In this document: in pieces, positions 24,659 to 37,692 of the stretch
Numbering within the stretch: the first letter of the stretch is position 1
Layout of the letters: every line of letters starts with the position of its first letter
The notes under the pieces: model-generated
What the model saw: the letters and a program-made list of their open reading frames with translations, nothing else
Databases searched by the model: none
Told to the model about the DNA's origin: nothing
From: Octopus sinensis
Taxonomy: Eukaryota
Direction of reading: 5' to 3'
Assembly: GCF_006345805.1 (NCBI RefSeq)
Contig: NC_042999.1
Location: 19,344,001 to 19,408,000, forward strand
DNA: 64,000 nucleotides
Position numbers and translations under genes: made by a program

Positions 24659-25429
24659 TTATACTATCGAATTTATTCTTCTTTTCAACACATAGATTGC
24701 ATTTTGATGGAAATTTGGCTGCTATATCTAGCACCTCGAACAACCGTGTATAGGCTATATCATACGCTCAAATCAGCAAGTTTAAATCCGAAACATTCGC
24801 AACTTAAGTGTATTGCAGGATTATACTTTCGAATTTATTCTTCTTTTCAGCACATAGATTGCATTTTAATGGAAATTTGGCTGCTATATCTAGCACGTCG
24901 AACAACCGTGTATAGGCTATATCGTTGGCTGGAATTAGCAAGTCTTTTATTATATTAGCTTTGAACTGCTGATTGCGTTTGATTCTGAGAGAAAACTACT
25001 TCAATATATTTTCTACATCCCTTCTCCTACAAGAGATTATGAAATTAGCAAGTTTAATCTTCTTTCTACAATTCCAATAACAGGCATAAAGTGCTAGAAA
25101 ACAACAAGAATACGAACAAGAAGAAGAAATTTTATTTCTCTGCTTCTTTCTTTTTTTTTTCTTTTCTTTTACTCATTTAGATTATTACACATTTTTCTTC
25201 TCCTTTAACGAACTAAATAAAATAATTTTTCAAAACATAATTAGCTGTGGTAATCAAAAGGTATCAGTTATTAATTGATGTACAAGAAATGCCAAAGTTC
25301 AGTTCTAAGTCTGTGTAAAATTCTTCACAAACTTTCTCATCTAATCGGCTTACAGACACCTGACCAGGTAATGAAAAAAAATGTAATATGTAATTAAAGC
25401 TTAACATTTGATTGGGAAATTTCACTCGA

Positions 25430-25503
25430 TTTTTACTGTTGTTGTTGTTGTTGGTCTTCTTCTTCTTCTTCTTCTTCTTCTTCTTCTTCTTCTCATTATT
25501 ATC

Positions 25504-25568
<65 letters not shown>

Positions 25569-25730
25569 TACTACTACTATTACTATTATTACTATCATTA
25601 CTATTATCATTATTATTATCATCATCATCATCATTGTTATTATTTCTATTATTATTGTCATTATTATCATTATTATTATTATTAATATTATTATTATTAT
25701 CATTATTATCATCATCATTGTTATCATTAC

Positions 25731-25775
<45 letters not shown>

Positions 25776-26060
25776 CCTCATCATCATTCTTATTATTATT
25801 ATTATATTATTATTATTATTATTATTATTATATTATTATTATTATCATTATTATTACTATTATTATTATTATTATCATCATCATCATTCTTATCATTCTT
25901 CTTCTTCTTATTATTATTATTATTATCATTATTATTATTTCTGCAGCATTTGTTGTTTCTGTTGCTGCTGTAGTCGTTGTTTTCTTCTAGTCCTGTAGTT
26001 AATGGGATTTTGTTATTGTAGTTGTTGTTCTTGTTGCTGCTTTTGGTGGCAATGGCGGCG
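25430..26060. repeat. Compound (GTT/CTT/ATT/ATC)n microsatellite
   Basis: Direct reading; accounts for the poly-I/L ORFs. Confidence 0.95.
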
Positions 26061-26204
26061 ATGCTGGAAGTGTTGTTATTCTTCTTTTTCTTTTTCTTTA
26101 TTTTTCCCGGGAAGGAGAAGGTTTTGATCCAATTATATAACTATAAGCCCAACCTGATTGTCTACAGATAATTAGTATCTCGTTCAAAAACGTTAAAAAA
26201 ACAA

Positions 26205-26219
26205 ACAGCAATATTAATA

Positions 26220-26276
<57 letters not shown>

Positions 26277-26290
26277 GTAATAATATTAAC

Positions 26291-26343
<53 letters not shown>

Positions 26344-26348
26344 TAATA

Positions 26349-26383
<35 letters not shown>

Positions 26384-26990
26384 GATAATAATAATGATAG
26401 TAATAATAATGATAATAGTAATAATAATAATAATAATAATAATGATGATAATAGTAATAATAATAGTAATAATAATAATAATAATATCAGCATCGATGTT
26501 GAAGGCAGCGATGACGATGGTGATTGAGGAGACGATGGTGGTGGTGGTGGCGATGACAAAGGTAATGGTGATGGTGACGTCGGTGGTGATGATGATGATG
26601 ATGATGATGGTTCTGATGATTGTTGTGATGGTGGTGGTGGTGATGATGCTGGTGGTAGTGGTGGTGGTGGTGGTGGTGGTGGTGGTGGTGGTGATGGAGG
26701 TTGAGATACTGGTGGTGGTGGTGGTGATAGTTGTGGTGGCGATGACAAAGCTAATGGTGATGGTGACGTTGGTGGTGATGATGATGATGATTGTGATGGT
26801 GGTGGTGGTGATGGTGTTGGTGGTGGTGGCGGTGGTGGTGATGATGTAAGCGTCATTATCAACATCATAAATAATAATGATAATTACAGATTACGAGCAA
26901 AAACCATGGCTGTAGAAGTGGTCAGTAGAAGCCAACTGCACCAACAGCAACAACAACAACGACAACAACAAAAGCAGCAGTAATAGCAAA
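26205..26990. repeat. Compound (AAT/GAT/GGT/CAA)n microsatellite
   Basis: Direct reading. Confidence 0.95.
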
Positions 26991-27066
26991 AGCAGAAATC
27001 ATTTATTAATGATTATGTTGTCTAAAATTGCTCTGCATTAGAGTTTCCAATCAACAGCTACAGAGT

Positions 27067-27515
27067 GGAGGTGCAATGGACCAGTGGTTAGGGCAGCGGA
27101 CTCGAGGTCGTAAGAACGCGGTTTCGATTCCCAGTTCGGGCATTGTGAGTGTTTATTGAGCAAAACCACCTAAAGCTCCACGAAGCTCCGACAGGGGGAG
27201 GGTGGTGAACCCCGCTGTACTCTTTCACCACAACTTTATCTCACTCTTTCTTCCTACTTCTTCCACAAAGCAGAGGAACCATGGTGTGACCCACTATGGT
27301 GTGGTAAACTTTCAGACCTTAGTCTAGATTGCGAGTCCTCTGTACCCCAGGATGGTTCAGCTCTCTGCCCGTTAAAAGCCACCGTTTACGGAATGAGGAT
27401 AACAACGTAGCTTTCGCTCCCGTGCAACCGCGTGGTGGGTGGATCTTCAAGTTGCCACACATATTTTTTAGTAGCATAGAGTAGGCTCGAATTAGAGATT
27501 ATTCTTTGTGGCTAA
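27067..27515 (+). mobile_element. SINE-C with tail type gamma
   Basis: SINE-C head; tail homologous to 30140-30401. Confidence 0.85.
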
Positions 27516-27677
27516 TGGTGTGAGTCCTGAATGGGAGAAGAAGACAGCAACAGAAGTATTGTGTGTGTATGTGTGTATGTGTTAAGTATTTAAGTACGCT
27601 TAGATATACGTATGAATGTAACCATGTACGTGTCTGTTAATCTGTATGCTTGTGTGTTTGTATATATATTCTTGACT

Positions 27678-28240
27678 CTACTTTAGGCACGAAGCCCGAA
27701 ATTTTGGGGAAGGGGAGCCAGTCGATTAGGTCTACCTCAGTACGCGACTGGTACTTAATTTTTCGACATCGAACGGATGAAAGGCAAAGTAGACATCGGC
27801 GGAATTTGAACTCAGAACGTAAAGGCAGACGAAATACCTATTTCTTTACTACCCACAAGGGGCTAAACATAGAGAGGACAAACAAGGACAGATAAACGGA
27901 TTAAGTTGATTACATCGACCACAGTGCGTAATTGGTACTTATTTAATCGACCCCGAAAGGATGAAAGGCAAAGTCGACCTCTGCGGAATTTGAACTCAGA
28001 ATGTAACGGCAGACGAAATACCTATATCTTTACTACCCACAAGGGGCTAAACAAGGACAGACAAACGGATTATGTCGATTATATCGACCACAGTGCGTAA
28101 CTGGTACTTATTTAATCGACCCCGAAAGGATGAAAGGCAAAGTCGACCTCGGCGGAATTTCAACTTAGAACGTAACGGCAGACGAAATACGGCTACGTAT
28201 TTCGCCCGGCGTGCTAACGTTTCTGCCAGCTCGCCGTCTT
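27678..28240 (-). mobile_element. SINE-B tandem multimer (3-4 units)
   Basis: Repeated reverse-complement units with a single head at ~28190-28240. Confidence 0.85.
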
Positions 28241-28759
28241 ATCATGAAAGAATATTGATATATATATATATATTGATATAACACCTGGTAAAGTTGATCT
28301 GTACTATTACCAATCCTTTTCTGAAGAACTTATAAAAAATATATATTACATTATGCGAAAGGATTTATTATTAACACTGAGAATTCTTATTGTTATTGGT
28401 AGAAAAGCGCAACAATTAATAACAAATAAATACAGAATATGGAACTAAGAATTTTTATACGTTTTTTCCAAGTTTCTATTTCCATGACACTTCAGATATA
28501 TTCAATAAATAATTATTGTACCAGTAGTGAAATATTCAATGCGCACTTTCTCTGCCATTCTGTTCCATAACCAGAATAAATAGCTGGCTTCTTATTAACC
28601 AAATATTTAACGGAAAAAAAAATACAAGACTAGGTTTTTGCAAGGTATGTAGTAGTTTTTTTTTTTATGTGCTTTGTATGACTAACAACTATGGCGACTA
28701 ATCTGACAAAACTTGTGTTGCTGTCCAACTATTTTCGAACGCATTTCTATTATATTTCA

Positions 28760-28869
28760 GTTCTATATGTGTGTATGTGCGTGCGTGCGTGCGCATATAC
28801 ATGCATGCGTGTGTGTACATATATAAATATATATATATATACATATATACATATACGTGTGCATGTGTA

Positions 28870-28915
<46 letters not shown>

Positions 28916-29042
28916 CATACATATATATATACATATATACATATATATATATACATATATATACATATATATATACATATATACATATACATATATATAT
29001 GTATACATAAATACATAAATATATATATACATATATATATAC

Positions 29043-29096
<54 letters not shown>

Positions 29097-29310
29097 TATA
29101 TACACATATACATATATATGCAGATATATATATACTTGCATACATATACATATATATGCAGATATATATATACTTGCATACATATACATATACAGATATA
29201 TATAATTGTATATATATATATATAGATAGATAGATATATTTACATATATATATTATATATATATATATATATAGATAGATAGATATATTTACATATATAT
29301 ATATACATGT
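28760..29310. repeat. (TA)n/(TACA)n microsatellite
   Basis: Direct reading. Confidence 0.95.
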
Positions 29311-29756
29311 GTGTGTGGTGTGGTCCACATTTGTGCTGCAATTTGGTTAGCGAGCAACTCGTTTTTCCTTTTCCTTTAACCAGTACCTTAGTAGAAATAT
29401 ATGCAAATAACTTACCAAAATGCCAAAACATTTTAGTAAATTTTGCTGAAATTTCAGATTCGCTAACTCAAGTAGTTTCTGGATTATAAGAGCAGTAAAC
29501 TAAGCAATCAGTTAACCTAAAAATCAAAGTCTGCGTCACCTAATTTTGTGCAGGTGCATATTTTCCATTAATGGTTTGATGGTAGGAACCGAAAAAAAAA
29601 AGGAAAAAAAGAGCTGAATGGATATTTGTAGTAAATGCTATTGTTCTATTGTTGCTGTTTCTTTCAAATGAGTGGAACATGGAACAAAAGTGTTCCAACC
29701 TTTTATTTTTTTGTTTTTGCTAGATTACATTATCCAATATAACCTATTAGGTTCGA

Positions 29757-30401
29757 CAGCAATGGCCCAGTAGTTTCGATTCCCAGGCGAGCTGGCAGAA
29801 TCGTTAGCACGTCGGGCGAAATGCGTAGCCGTATTTCGTCTGTCGCTACGTTCTGAGTTCAAAGTCCGCCGAGGTTGACTTTGCCTTTCATCCTTTCGGG
29901 TTCGATTAAATAAGTACCAGTTACGCACTGGGGTCGATATGATCGACTTAATCCGTTTGTCTGTCCTTGTTTGTCCATTCTGTGTTTAGCCCCTTGTGGG
30001 TAGTAAAGAAATAGGTTTCGATTCCCAGGCCGGGCATTGTGAGTGTTTATTGAGCAAAATCACCTAAGCTCCACGAGGCTCCGGCGGGTGGAGGTGAACC
30101 CCGCTGTACTCTTTCACCACAACTTTCTCTCACTCTTTCTTCCTACTTCTTCCACAAAGCTGAGAAACGATGGTGTAACCCACTATGGTGTGGTAAACTT
30201 TCAGACCCTAGTCTAGATTGCAAATCCTCTGTATCCAGGATGGTTCAGCTCCCCACCCGTTAAAAGCCACCGTTTATGGAATGAGGATTACAACGTAGCT
30301 TTTGCGCCCATGCAACGTGTGGTGGGTGGATCTTTAAGTTGCCACACACATTCTTAGTAGCTTAGAGTAGGCTCCAATTAGAAATTATTCTTTGTGGCTA
30401 A
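29757..30401 (+). mobile_element. SINE-C (tail gamma) interrupted by a SINE-B at 29788-30014
   Basis: 15-bp direct repeat gtttcgattcccagg at 29773-29787 and 30015-30029 flanks the SINE-B. Confidence 0.85.
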
Positions 30402-30539
30402 GGATTGGAAGAAGAGAGCAGTACGTGATTTGAGGGTTGCCGATTTGGTTCTATTTCTAGCATGTCAAACGGACACGAAGAGTCTCCTTTAAACAGCTTG
30501 TTAGTGAAGGTCTGTAATATATTTTATCTATTATATTTT

Positions 30540-30935
30540 GCTTGTTTCAGTCATTAGACTCTGGCCATGCTGGGGCACCATCTTGAAGGACTTTTAGTCG
30601 AATGTATCACACCCAGCACATTTGTTTTTAAAGCCTGGTAATCATTCTATCAGTTTCTTTTGCCGAACCGCGAATTACGAGGCCCGGAACGCAACAACAC
30701 CGGTCGTCAAGCGTTGATGATGGAATACAAACATAGGCACAAGGACACACACACAGAGATGTATATACATGTTTACGATGGGCTTCTTTAAATTTCCGTC
30801 TACTAAATTCATTCATAAGGCGTTGGTTGGCCCGAAGTTATAGTAGAAGACACTTGCACGCGGTTCCATTCAGTGGGACTGAACCCGGAACCATGTATTT
30901 GGGAAACAAGTTTCTTACCATATTACCACGCCTGC
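30540..30935 (-). mobile_element. Diverged SINE-A
   Basis: Recognisable head, body and tail. Confidence 0.75.
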
Positions 30936-32629
30936 GAGTATTGCTTAGATTTTCTTGAAGTGAAATTTGAAAATAAGTTATGTATTACAAACAATAAAGG
31001 ATCAAATATAACAAGTCGTGTTAAGCTGATAAAAGATACATCAATCCTCGTTTACCACGGGGAGGTGGTTAAAATAATTCTGTGACTTAGGAGAATCAGT
31101 GATAGATGAAACATCTCTGGGCACTGTAAATGGAATGAATGATAGATTCATTGACACCAAACATACGTTTCGCGGCAGTAAAACTTCCAGCGTCACTTAT
31201 TCCCTTTGTTCATCTTTACTTTTTTCTGTAGAGAATACACACGTCTACGTCGCTTGTGATAAAGTGACTACGTAATTTTTTTTGTTTTTCAACATTGGCC
31301 CATCTTTATGGGTTCGGGCGTTTAAATCTACATAAAAAAAACCGCAGCTTCGCAGCACGGTCATGTGGACATAAGTGATGTTCGGTTGTCGCTGTGATGC
31401 GTTTTTTTGTTTTTGGGGGGTTCTTTTCAGTGCAAACATAATTTTCAACTGATCACTGACCCGTGCTATTGCAGATCAATCTGAGATAAGCATAACATCG
31501 TTCGCAATTAATAGTACCGAGTTATTCCGGATCATTGATCACTGAATCAGTGATAAACGAGGCTACGTGTATTTTAAACTGATTAGGATCAAAAACTGAA
31601 TTTGCTAAACTTTTTATCTAAGCAAGGCCGTCCAACATTTAACTGCGAGAGAATATTAATTGCACTGGAATTTTAGTACTTCTCATATAGGCGTTCCTCT
31701 TTTAAAATCAGTGCTAAGGGATTTTAATTGAAGTGAGATTTTCATCGATGTATTGTGAGAAAATATCTAGGAGTACCACTCAAAATCCCTACCGTTGAAA
31801 GGCGGTATTATTTAAGGGTCCTTTCAATATCTATTACTAGTTATTAGGGGAAGGACGTGTTGCCTTTGAAGTAAAAATATTGAAAGTATATTAAGAGTGA
31901 TAATATTTTCAAGAAGCAAATCAACGAATCATACGTACAACCAGCTAAAAAATTCCTGTAATGATAAGAACTTATTAAACTGAAGGTAAAATTGGGATTT
32001 TAAAACAATTTATATTTCATTTTTGCTGCTCTCATCGTTATTAATTTATAAATGAACGAGAGGGAAGAAGATAAGCGAATTAAAAAAAAAAAGACAGGAA
32101 GAGATAATAGCATAACTGAATTTAGGAATAGAGGTTAATTAAGATAGAAGCAATTAGGTGCATTAAGATGTTGATAAATTCTGCAACTGCCATCGTTATG
32201 AGTGAATTAATGTATAAGGAAATGGTTTGGATTTCATTGTTATATAAAATATTTAATCATCACCCACCGAACTCTAACGTTAAACACACGTATTTGCATA
32301 TACAAATATACACATACGGATTACCCCGTAACACGTGTCTTTAAAAAGCGTAACTTCGAAAGGTGCTTACACAATACGAAATCTTCCATCAAATAGTTTC
32401 GTGCTATTCTATCTCTCTAAGATTTTTTTTCTGTTGTTTATTACTTTATTTTAAGAAAATCTTGCTCCAAATTTTATGACGGTATTAACTACATTTTGCA
32501 AATTTTTTTAGGCATATATATTGCATGTGTATCTGTGTAGGTGTGTGTGTGTTATGCGCAGGTGCTTGTGCGTATAGGTAGACGGCTGTATGTATATATC
32601 TACCTATGTTTTACACACACACACACGTA

Positions 32630-32882
32630 TGTTGGGTTGGTGCATAATTATTGCGGATTTTTTCAACAAATTTTATTCAACAAAAACAATAACAGCATGT
32701 AACAAAAACATTTTAAAATTATTATTCCGGAGCATATTCACCATCTACTTCAACTACTGCTCCCCATTTGCTTGGCAGACGATCAAACCGTCATTTAAAG
32801 ATGTTTTTGTTAAATATTGTTATCGCTTTTGTTGAATAAAATTTGCTGAAAAAAAGCCACAATAATTATGTACCAACCCAAT
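32630..32882 (-). mobile_element. Mariner-derived MITE / internal deletion derivative
   Basis: TIRs ttgggttggtgcataattattgcgg / ccacaataattatgtaccaacccaa (Hsmar1-like). Minus strand encodes FDRLPSKWGAVVEVDGEYAPE*, the mariner transposase C-terminus. Confidence 0.85.
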
Positions 32883-33324
32883 ATATATATTTGTATATGT
32901 AGAAGGCAGGATGTGTGTGTGTGTACGTGAATGTAATTTATGCACGTCCACAAATTAGCACGCATGTCGCTCCAATTTTAGGAGGACATTCGTCATGATC
33001 CTAGTTGTATTTTCGTCAATTTATTTTTACCAGAGGCAGCAGCGAATAGAAGTAAAAACAAATTTTCAACCAAAACTTTTAACAATTTTCAAGTCGGAGA
33101 AATCACCATTGGTTGCAAACAGGAGTCAAGTCCTCCTTCTAGCGACGAGTAAGTTTTTTGTTAAGACTTTTGATTTGATTTTTTTTCCCATCGAGGAAAA
33201 AAATGCTTTGTTGATATACGGGCAAAACATACATACACACACATGTATGCGTACAAAAAACATGTATGCAATAGGTGTACGTACGTACGTGTATGTGTAT
33301 GTGTGTGTGTGTTGCCTATATATA

Positions 33325-33364
<40 letters not shown>

Positions 33365-33468
33365 TATATATAAACCAATTTCAACGGATTTCGCCCAAAT
33401 TTGACGTCGATGTTACTTAGTTTAGTTTGAAATAAAGAACTTGATTAATTAAATAATCCCGACTTAAT

Positions 33469-33495
33469 CCCGGGCAAAGCCGGGTTATACTGGTA

Positions 33496-33497
<2 letters not shown>
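33469..33497 (+). mobile_element. Helitron-like 3' end
   Basis: CCCGG-gcaaag-CCGGG hairpin followed by ttatactgGTAG|T. Confidence 0.5.
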
Positions 33498-33529
<32 letters not shown>

Positions 33530-34062
33530 GCATACATATTTATATATATCTTGTAGTCAGGTGGAGATGATCAGAACAAAGATGATAACCGTTTCCTATG
33601 TACGTGTTTGTATATACAGAGAGAAGGGGTAAGGCAAGCATAGCAAAAAGAAAGAGAAAGCGTTAGAGTAAAGTGATCCGCCTCAGGTTCGGTGATATGC
33701 ATTAAAATATTCGTTCGACTGAACAACCAGCTCGTTAAATACGTGCATAATCGGTTGATAGTGCGACCAGATATGTATACGCTTAACGAAATCGTTTGGG
33801 ACAATACTCGTGGCACAGTGTTTGTGTACCTGCTTCTGTGTTTGTGTGCGTGGAAAGTTTGTACCTTGCTATTACAAGTATGATACACCCCAAAAGCTTC
33901 CGTGCTGTTTTCTTCCAACCAATTTCACTCTAAACGTTTGTGTAGAGCGAAAGTTGTGATTAAAATTATACAGAGGGACCAGACGACATCTCTCGTGGTT
34001 GCGAAATGAGCAACCTTAAACTTTCATCCACGCCCCATCAATACTGAGACGCACTGTAAGGC

Positions 34063-34495
34063 ATGGAGTTGGCAGGATCGTTACCGTGCCTGAAAAAATG
34101 CTTAGCGGCATTTCTTCCGGCGAGCTGGCAGAAACGTTAGCACGCCGAGCGAAATGCGTAGCCGCATTTCGTGTCTTTACGTTCTGAGTTCAAATTCCGC
34201 CGAGGTCGACTTTGCCTTTCATCCTTTCGGAGTCAATTAAATAAGTACCAGTTACGCACTGGGGTCGATATAATCGACTTAATCCCTTTGTCTGTCCTTG
34301 TTTATCCCGTCTATGTTTAGCCCCTTGTGGGTAGTAAAAAAATAGGCATTTCTTCCGACTTTACGTTCTGAGTTCAAGAGTCGACTTTGTCTTTCATTCA
34401 TCTGGACCGATAAAATAAGTATCAATTGAACAATGTGATCGATGTAATCGATTTCACCCCATCCCCGAAATTGCTGGCTTAGTGCTGCCAAATTT
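34063..34495 (+). mobile_element. Old SINE-B containing a young long-tail SINE-B (34120-34344)
   Basis: 13-bp direct repeat ggcatttcttccg at 34107-34119 and 34345-34357. Confidence 0.8.
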
Positions 34496-36499
34496 TGAAA
34501 GCAATATAAATATACAGTGTCCTTTACTATAAACATTATTGACAGTTCATTTCCTCTTAATTAGGAAATAACATCAAGCAAACGGCAAAAAACTGAAGCT
34601 ACACTCTTACATCTAATATCCAGACACCCACTCATATTTCACCTTCGACAGCCAGTACATCCACAACTGCCTACAAGCTAATAGATGACACCCGTACCTC
34701 AGTCTGTATACATTTCAGAAAAGTCTGAAGTCGATGGAGTCACTTTTACCTCCGTTTTCATACGTTCAGTAACGACATCTCTTCTACCACTATGAACACG
34801 GCAAAAATAATTATCAGCTACACTCGTAACGGCAATTTAAATTACATATGATTTCTTATAGTTTAATAACTTTATATAGTGTTGTAGTGTGTGTTGTGTT
34901 ATATTTTATTACATTATATTCAAAAGTAGTATAGTTACTTGCAACACTAGCTTCAGTGTAATGGACTTTCGGTGTTAACAGACACTCACCAACCTATGCA
35001 ATTTGTTTACATTCAATTTAATAGACTCACCTTATTTTCCATTAGTCAGAATAGCTTCCTTCTCAGCCACATAGTTCGAGGTTTAGTCCCACTGCGTGGA
35101 TCTTCTGCCACAGGCCGACCAAACACTTGGGAGTGGATTTGGCAGACAGAAACAGAAAGAAGCCCCCCTTTACCTACACCGCCGGTGACAACTAATGGTA
35201 AAATATAGAAAATTGAATACACGCGTGCGAAGAAAATGTGCTTAATTAAACTAGGAAACTCGCACCTAAATAATACTCACCCTGCCCTAATTACCCAACG
35301 AAACTAAGCAATCTACCATAAGCAAAGCTCTGCCCAGGGAACTTACCAGCGCAAGAACAAAATTTAATGTAAGAATTACCACTTTTGTTTACATTACCAT
35401 CACATATGCATTGATTATTTTCGCATCCTAACCGATGCATCTATCTATATTCGCATTCCGAAGAGATTTACTTTAACCAGTAAATTGAAACGATCGTAAA
35501 TGCTACCTTCATCTCGGCTTCTTCCTTCTTAGTTATCTAATTATTTAAAGACATACCAGCGAAAGCCACGAGTTTCCCAATGTTATTATATCCATTTTCT
35601 GCTCATAAATATATATATATATATATATATTTGTATCATACTATATATCAAAATATGTATGTATGTATTCAGACGTGCGTGCATACCCATGAAGAAGGTT
35701 GCATAGGTCGATTTGTGAATCAAATATCAGTCTGTCTATAGAAAGTTTTAATGTACCAATTTTAGTTACGTTATAATTATAGTCATTCAAATCTTTTCAC
35801 TTCGCTTTGCTATTCATTTTAACCCTGACTTACTAGCATACATACGTCCTGATGATAACTTTTGCAGATTTTGAATTACTTAATAAAAGCAAGTAGAGTG
35901 ACGATAATTAAGAAATATTAAATTGCACTAACAACATGTTAATGCAGTCGATAATGAAGGCAATAAAATGGCGACATTAAACACTTGAGTCAAAACTATC
36001 TTTTTTACAAGCGTTATCTACAATTAAGATTTATTTATTGGAGAACTGTGTGACACAAGCATAACTAAGAGACAAAAAATACACCGGAATCTAAACATAG
36101 ATAGTCTATAATACATTGAAATGATTAAAATAATTGTATACGACGTTTCGTCAACATTTTAATCAAAATAATAAGAGAAAAACTTATGCAATTAATCTTT
36201 TTTACTCAAAGTCGTAAAAAATGTTTATGCAATTAACTAGAAAAATATATCAACTAAACAACAAAATGACATCCTAATGAAACAACCAACTGCGCAATAA
36301 TTTAACTGCGTGTATATTTAAAATTGTGTTTGTCACAAGTCTGGAAAATTTTAGCGATTTTAGAATACTCTGAAGTCAAGTGCTTATAAAGTAGTTGTTT
36401 ATTTCATGACCAGAATATTTATAACCAAAGACATTCTCGCTGTGAACATTACACCATTTATTCAGACATACTGCAGCTACGACTGCATTTCATAATAAG

Positions 36500-36879
36500 T
36501 GGAAGCACTCCGTCGATTACGACGACGAGGGTTCCGGTTGATCCGATCAACGGAACAGCCTGCTCGTGAAATTAACGTGTAAGTGGCTGAGCACTCCACA
36601 GACACGTGTACCCTTAACGTAGTTATCGGGGATATTCAGCGTGACACAGAGAGTGACAAGGCCGGCCCTTTGAAATACAGGTACAACAGAAACAGGAAGT
36701 AAGAGTGAGAGAAAGTTGTGGTGAAAGAGTACAGCAGGGATCACCACCATCCCTGCCGGAGCCTCGTGGAGCTTTAGGCGTTTTTGCTCAATAAACACTC
36801 ACAACGCCCGGTCTGGGAATCGAAACCGCGATCCTACGACCGCGAGTCCGCTGCCCTAACCACTGGGCCATTGCGCCTC
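36500..36879 (-). mobile_element. SINE-C with tail beta, full length
   Basis: Reverse complement of the 14671-15014 type. Confidence 0.9.
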
Positions 36880-37153
36880 TCTCATAATAAGTATTATAAC
36901 GAGACGCTAGAATATATAAGTTATATAGAATGAATTAAGTAGTTATCGACAATATCTAGGAACAAACGCCTCTGAAATATTAGAGTGAGAACTTATAGAT
37001 GGTACAATCCCCCGTATAACATCAGTGATAAAACCAGTGGTCCTTCATTCAAAAGAAAGTTTTTCCAAAACGTCCATAAATTTCCATGAATTGTACAACA
37101 AAAATAGCATAAAGTCGGTTATAGTTGTAATAAATATATAATCAAACAGTATT

Positions 37154-37692
37154 CTTTTCTACTCTAGGCACAAGGCCCCAAGTTTTGGGGGAGGGGCTAG
37201 TCAATTAGGTCGACCCCAGTACGCAACTGGTACTTAATTTTTCGACCCGGAAAGGATGAAAGGCAAAGTCGATCTCGACGGAATTTGAACTCAGAACATA
37301 AAGACAGATGAAATACCTATTTCTTTACTACCCACAAGAAGCTGAGTTCAAATTCCGCTGAGGTCGACTTTGCCTTTCATCCTTTCGGGGTCGATAAATA
37401 AAGTACCAGTTTCGCACTGGGGTCGATGTAATCGACTTAATCCCTTTGTCTGTCCTCATTTGTCCCCTCTGTGTGTAGCCCTTTGTGGGCAATGAAGAAA
37501 TATACCCACAAGGAGCTAAACACAGAGAGGACAAACAAGGACAGACAAACGGATTAAGTCGATTATATCGACCCCGAAAGGATGAAAGGTAAAGTCGACC
37601 TCGGCAGAATTTGAACTCAGAACGTAACGGCAGACGAAATACCGTTAAGCATATCGCCAGGCGCGCTAACCATTCTGCCAGCTCGCCGCCTT
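37154..37692. mobile_element. SINE-B composite (-/+/- blocks) bounded by a 17-bp TSD
   Basis: tataatcaaacagtatt at 37137-37153 and 37693-37709. Confidence 0.85.

Larger units (their letters stand above)
23365..24942. repeat. Tandem array of ~163-bp units interrupted by two Helitrons
   Basis: Unit marker aagtttaaatcc occurs at 23373, 23538, 23700, ~24223 and 24778; the array ends near 24940. Confidence 0.9.

Noticed and set aside
25408-26868. Poly-I/L/P/V ORFs of 120-256 aa
   Set aside because: Trinucleotide tracts; the apparent proline-rich or transmembrane proteins are artefacts
33692-33883. 63-aa ORF MICIKIFVRLNNQLVKYVHNR... (also 38961-39209 and a 55-codon minus-strand open stretch at 53310-53480)
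   Set aside because: No recognisable domain and no convincing splice-site pair; length is within chance expectation
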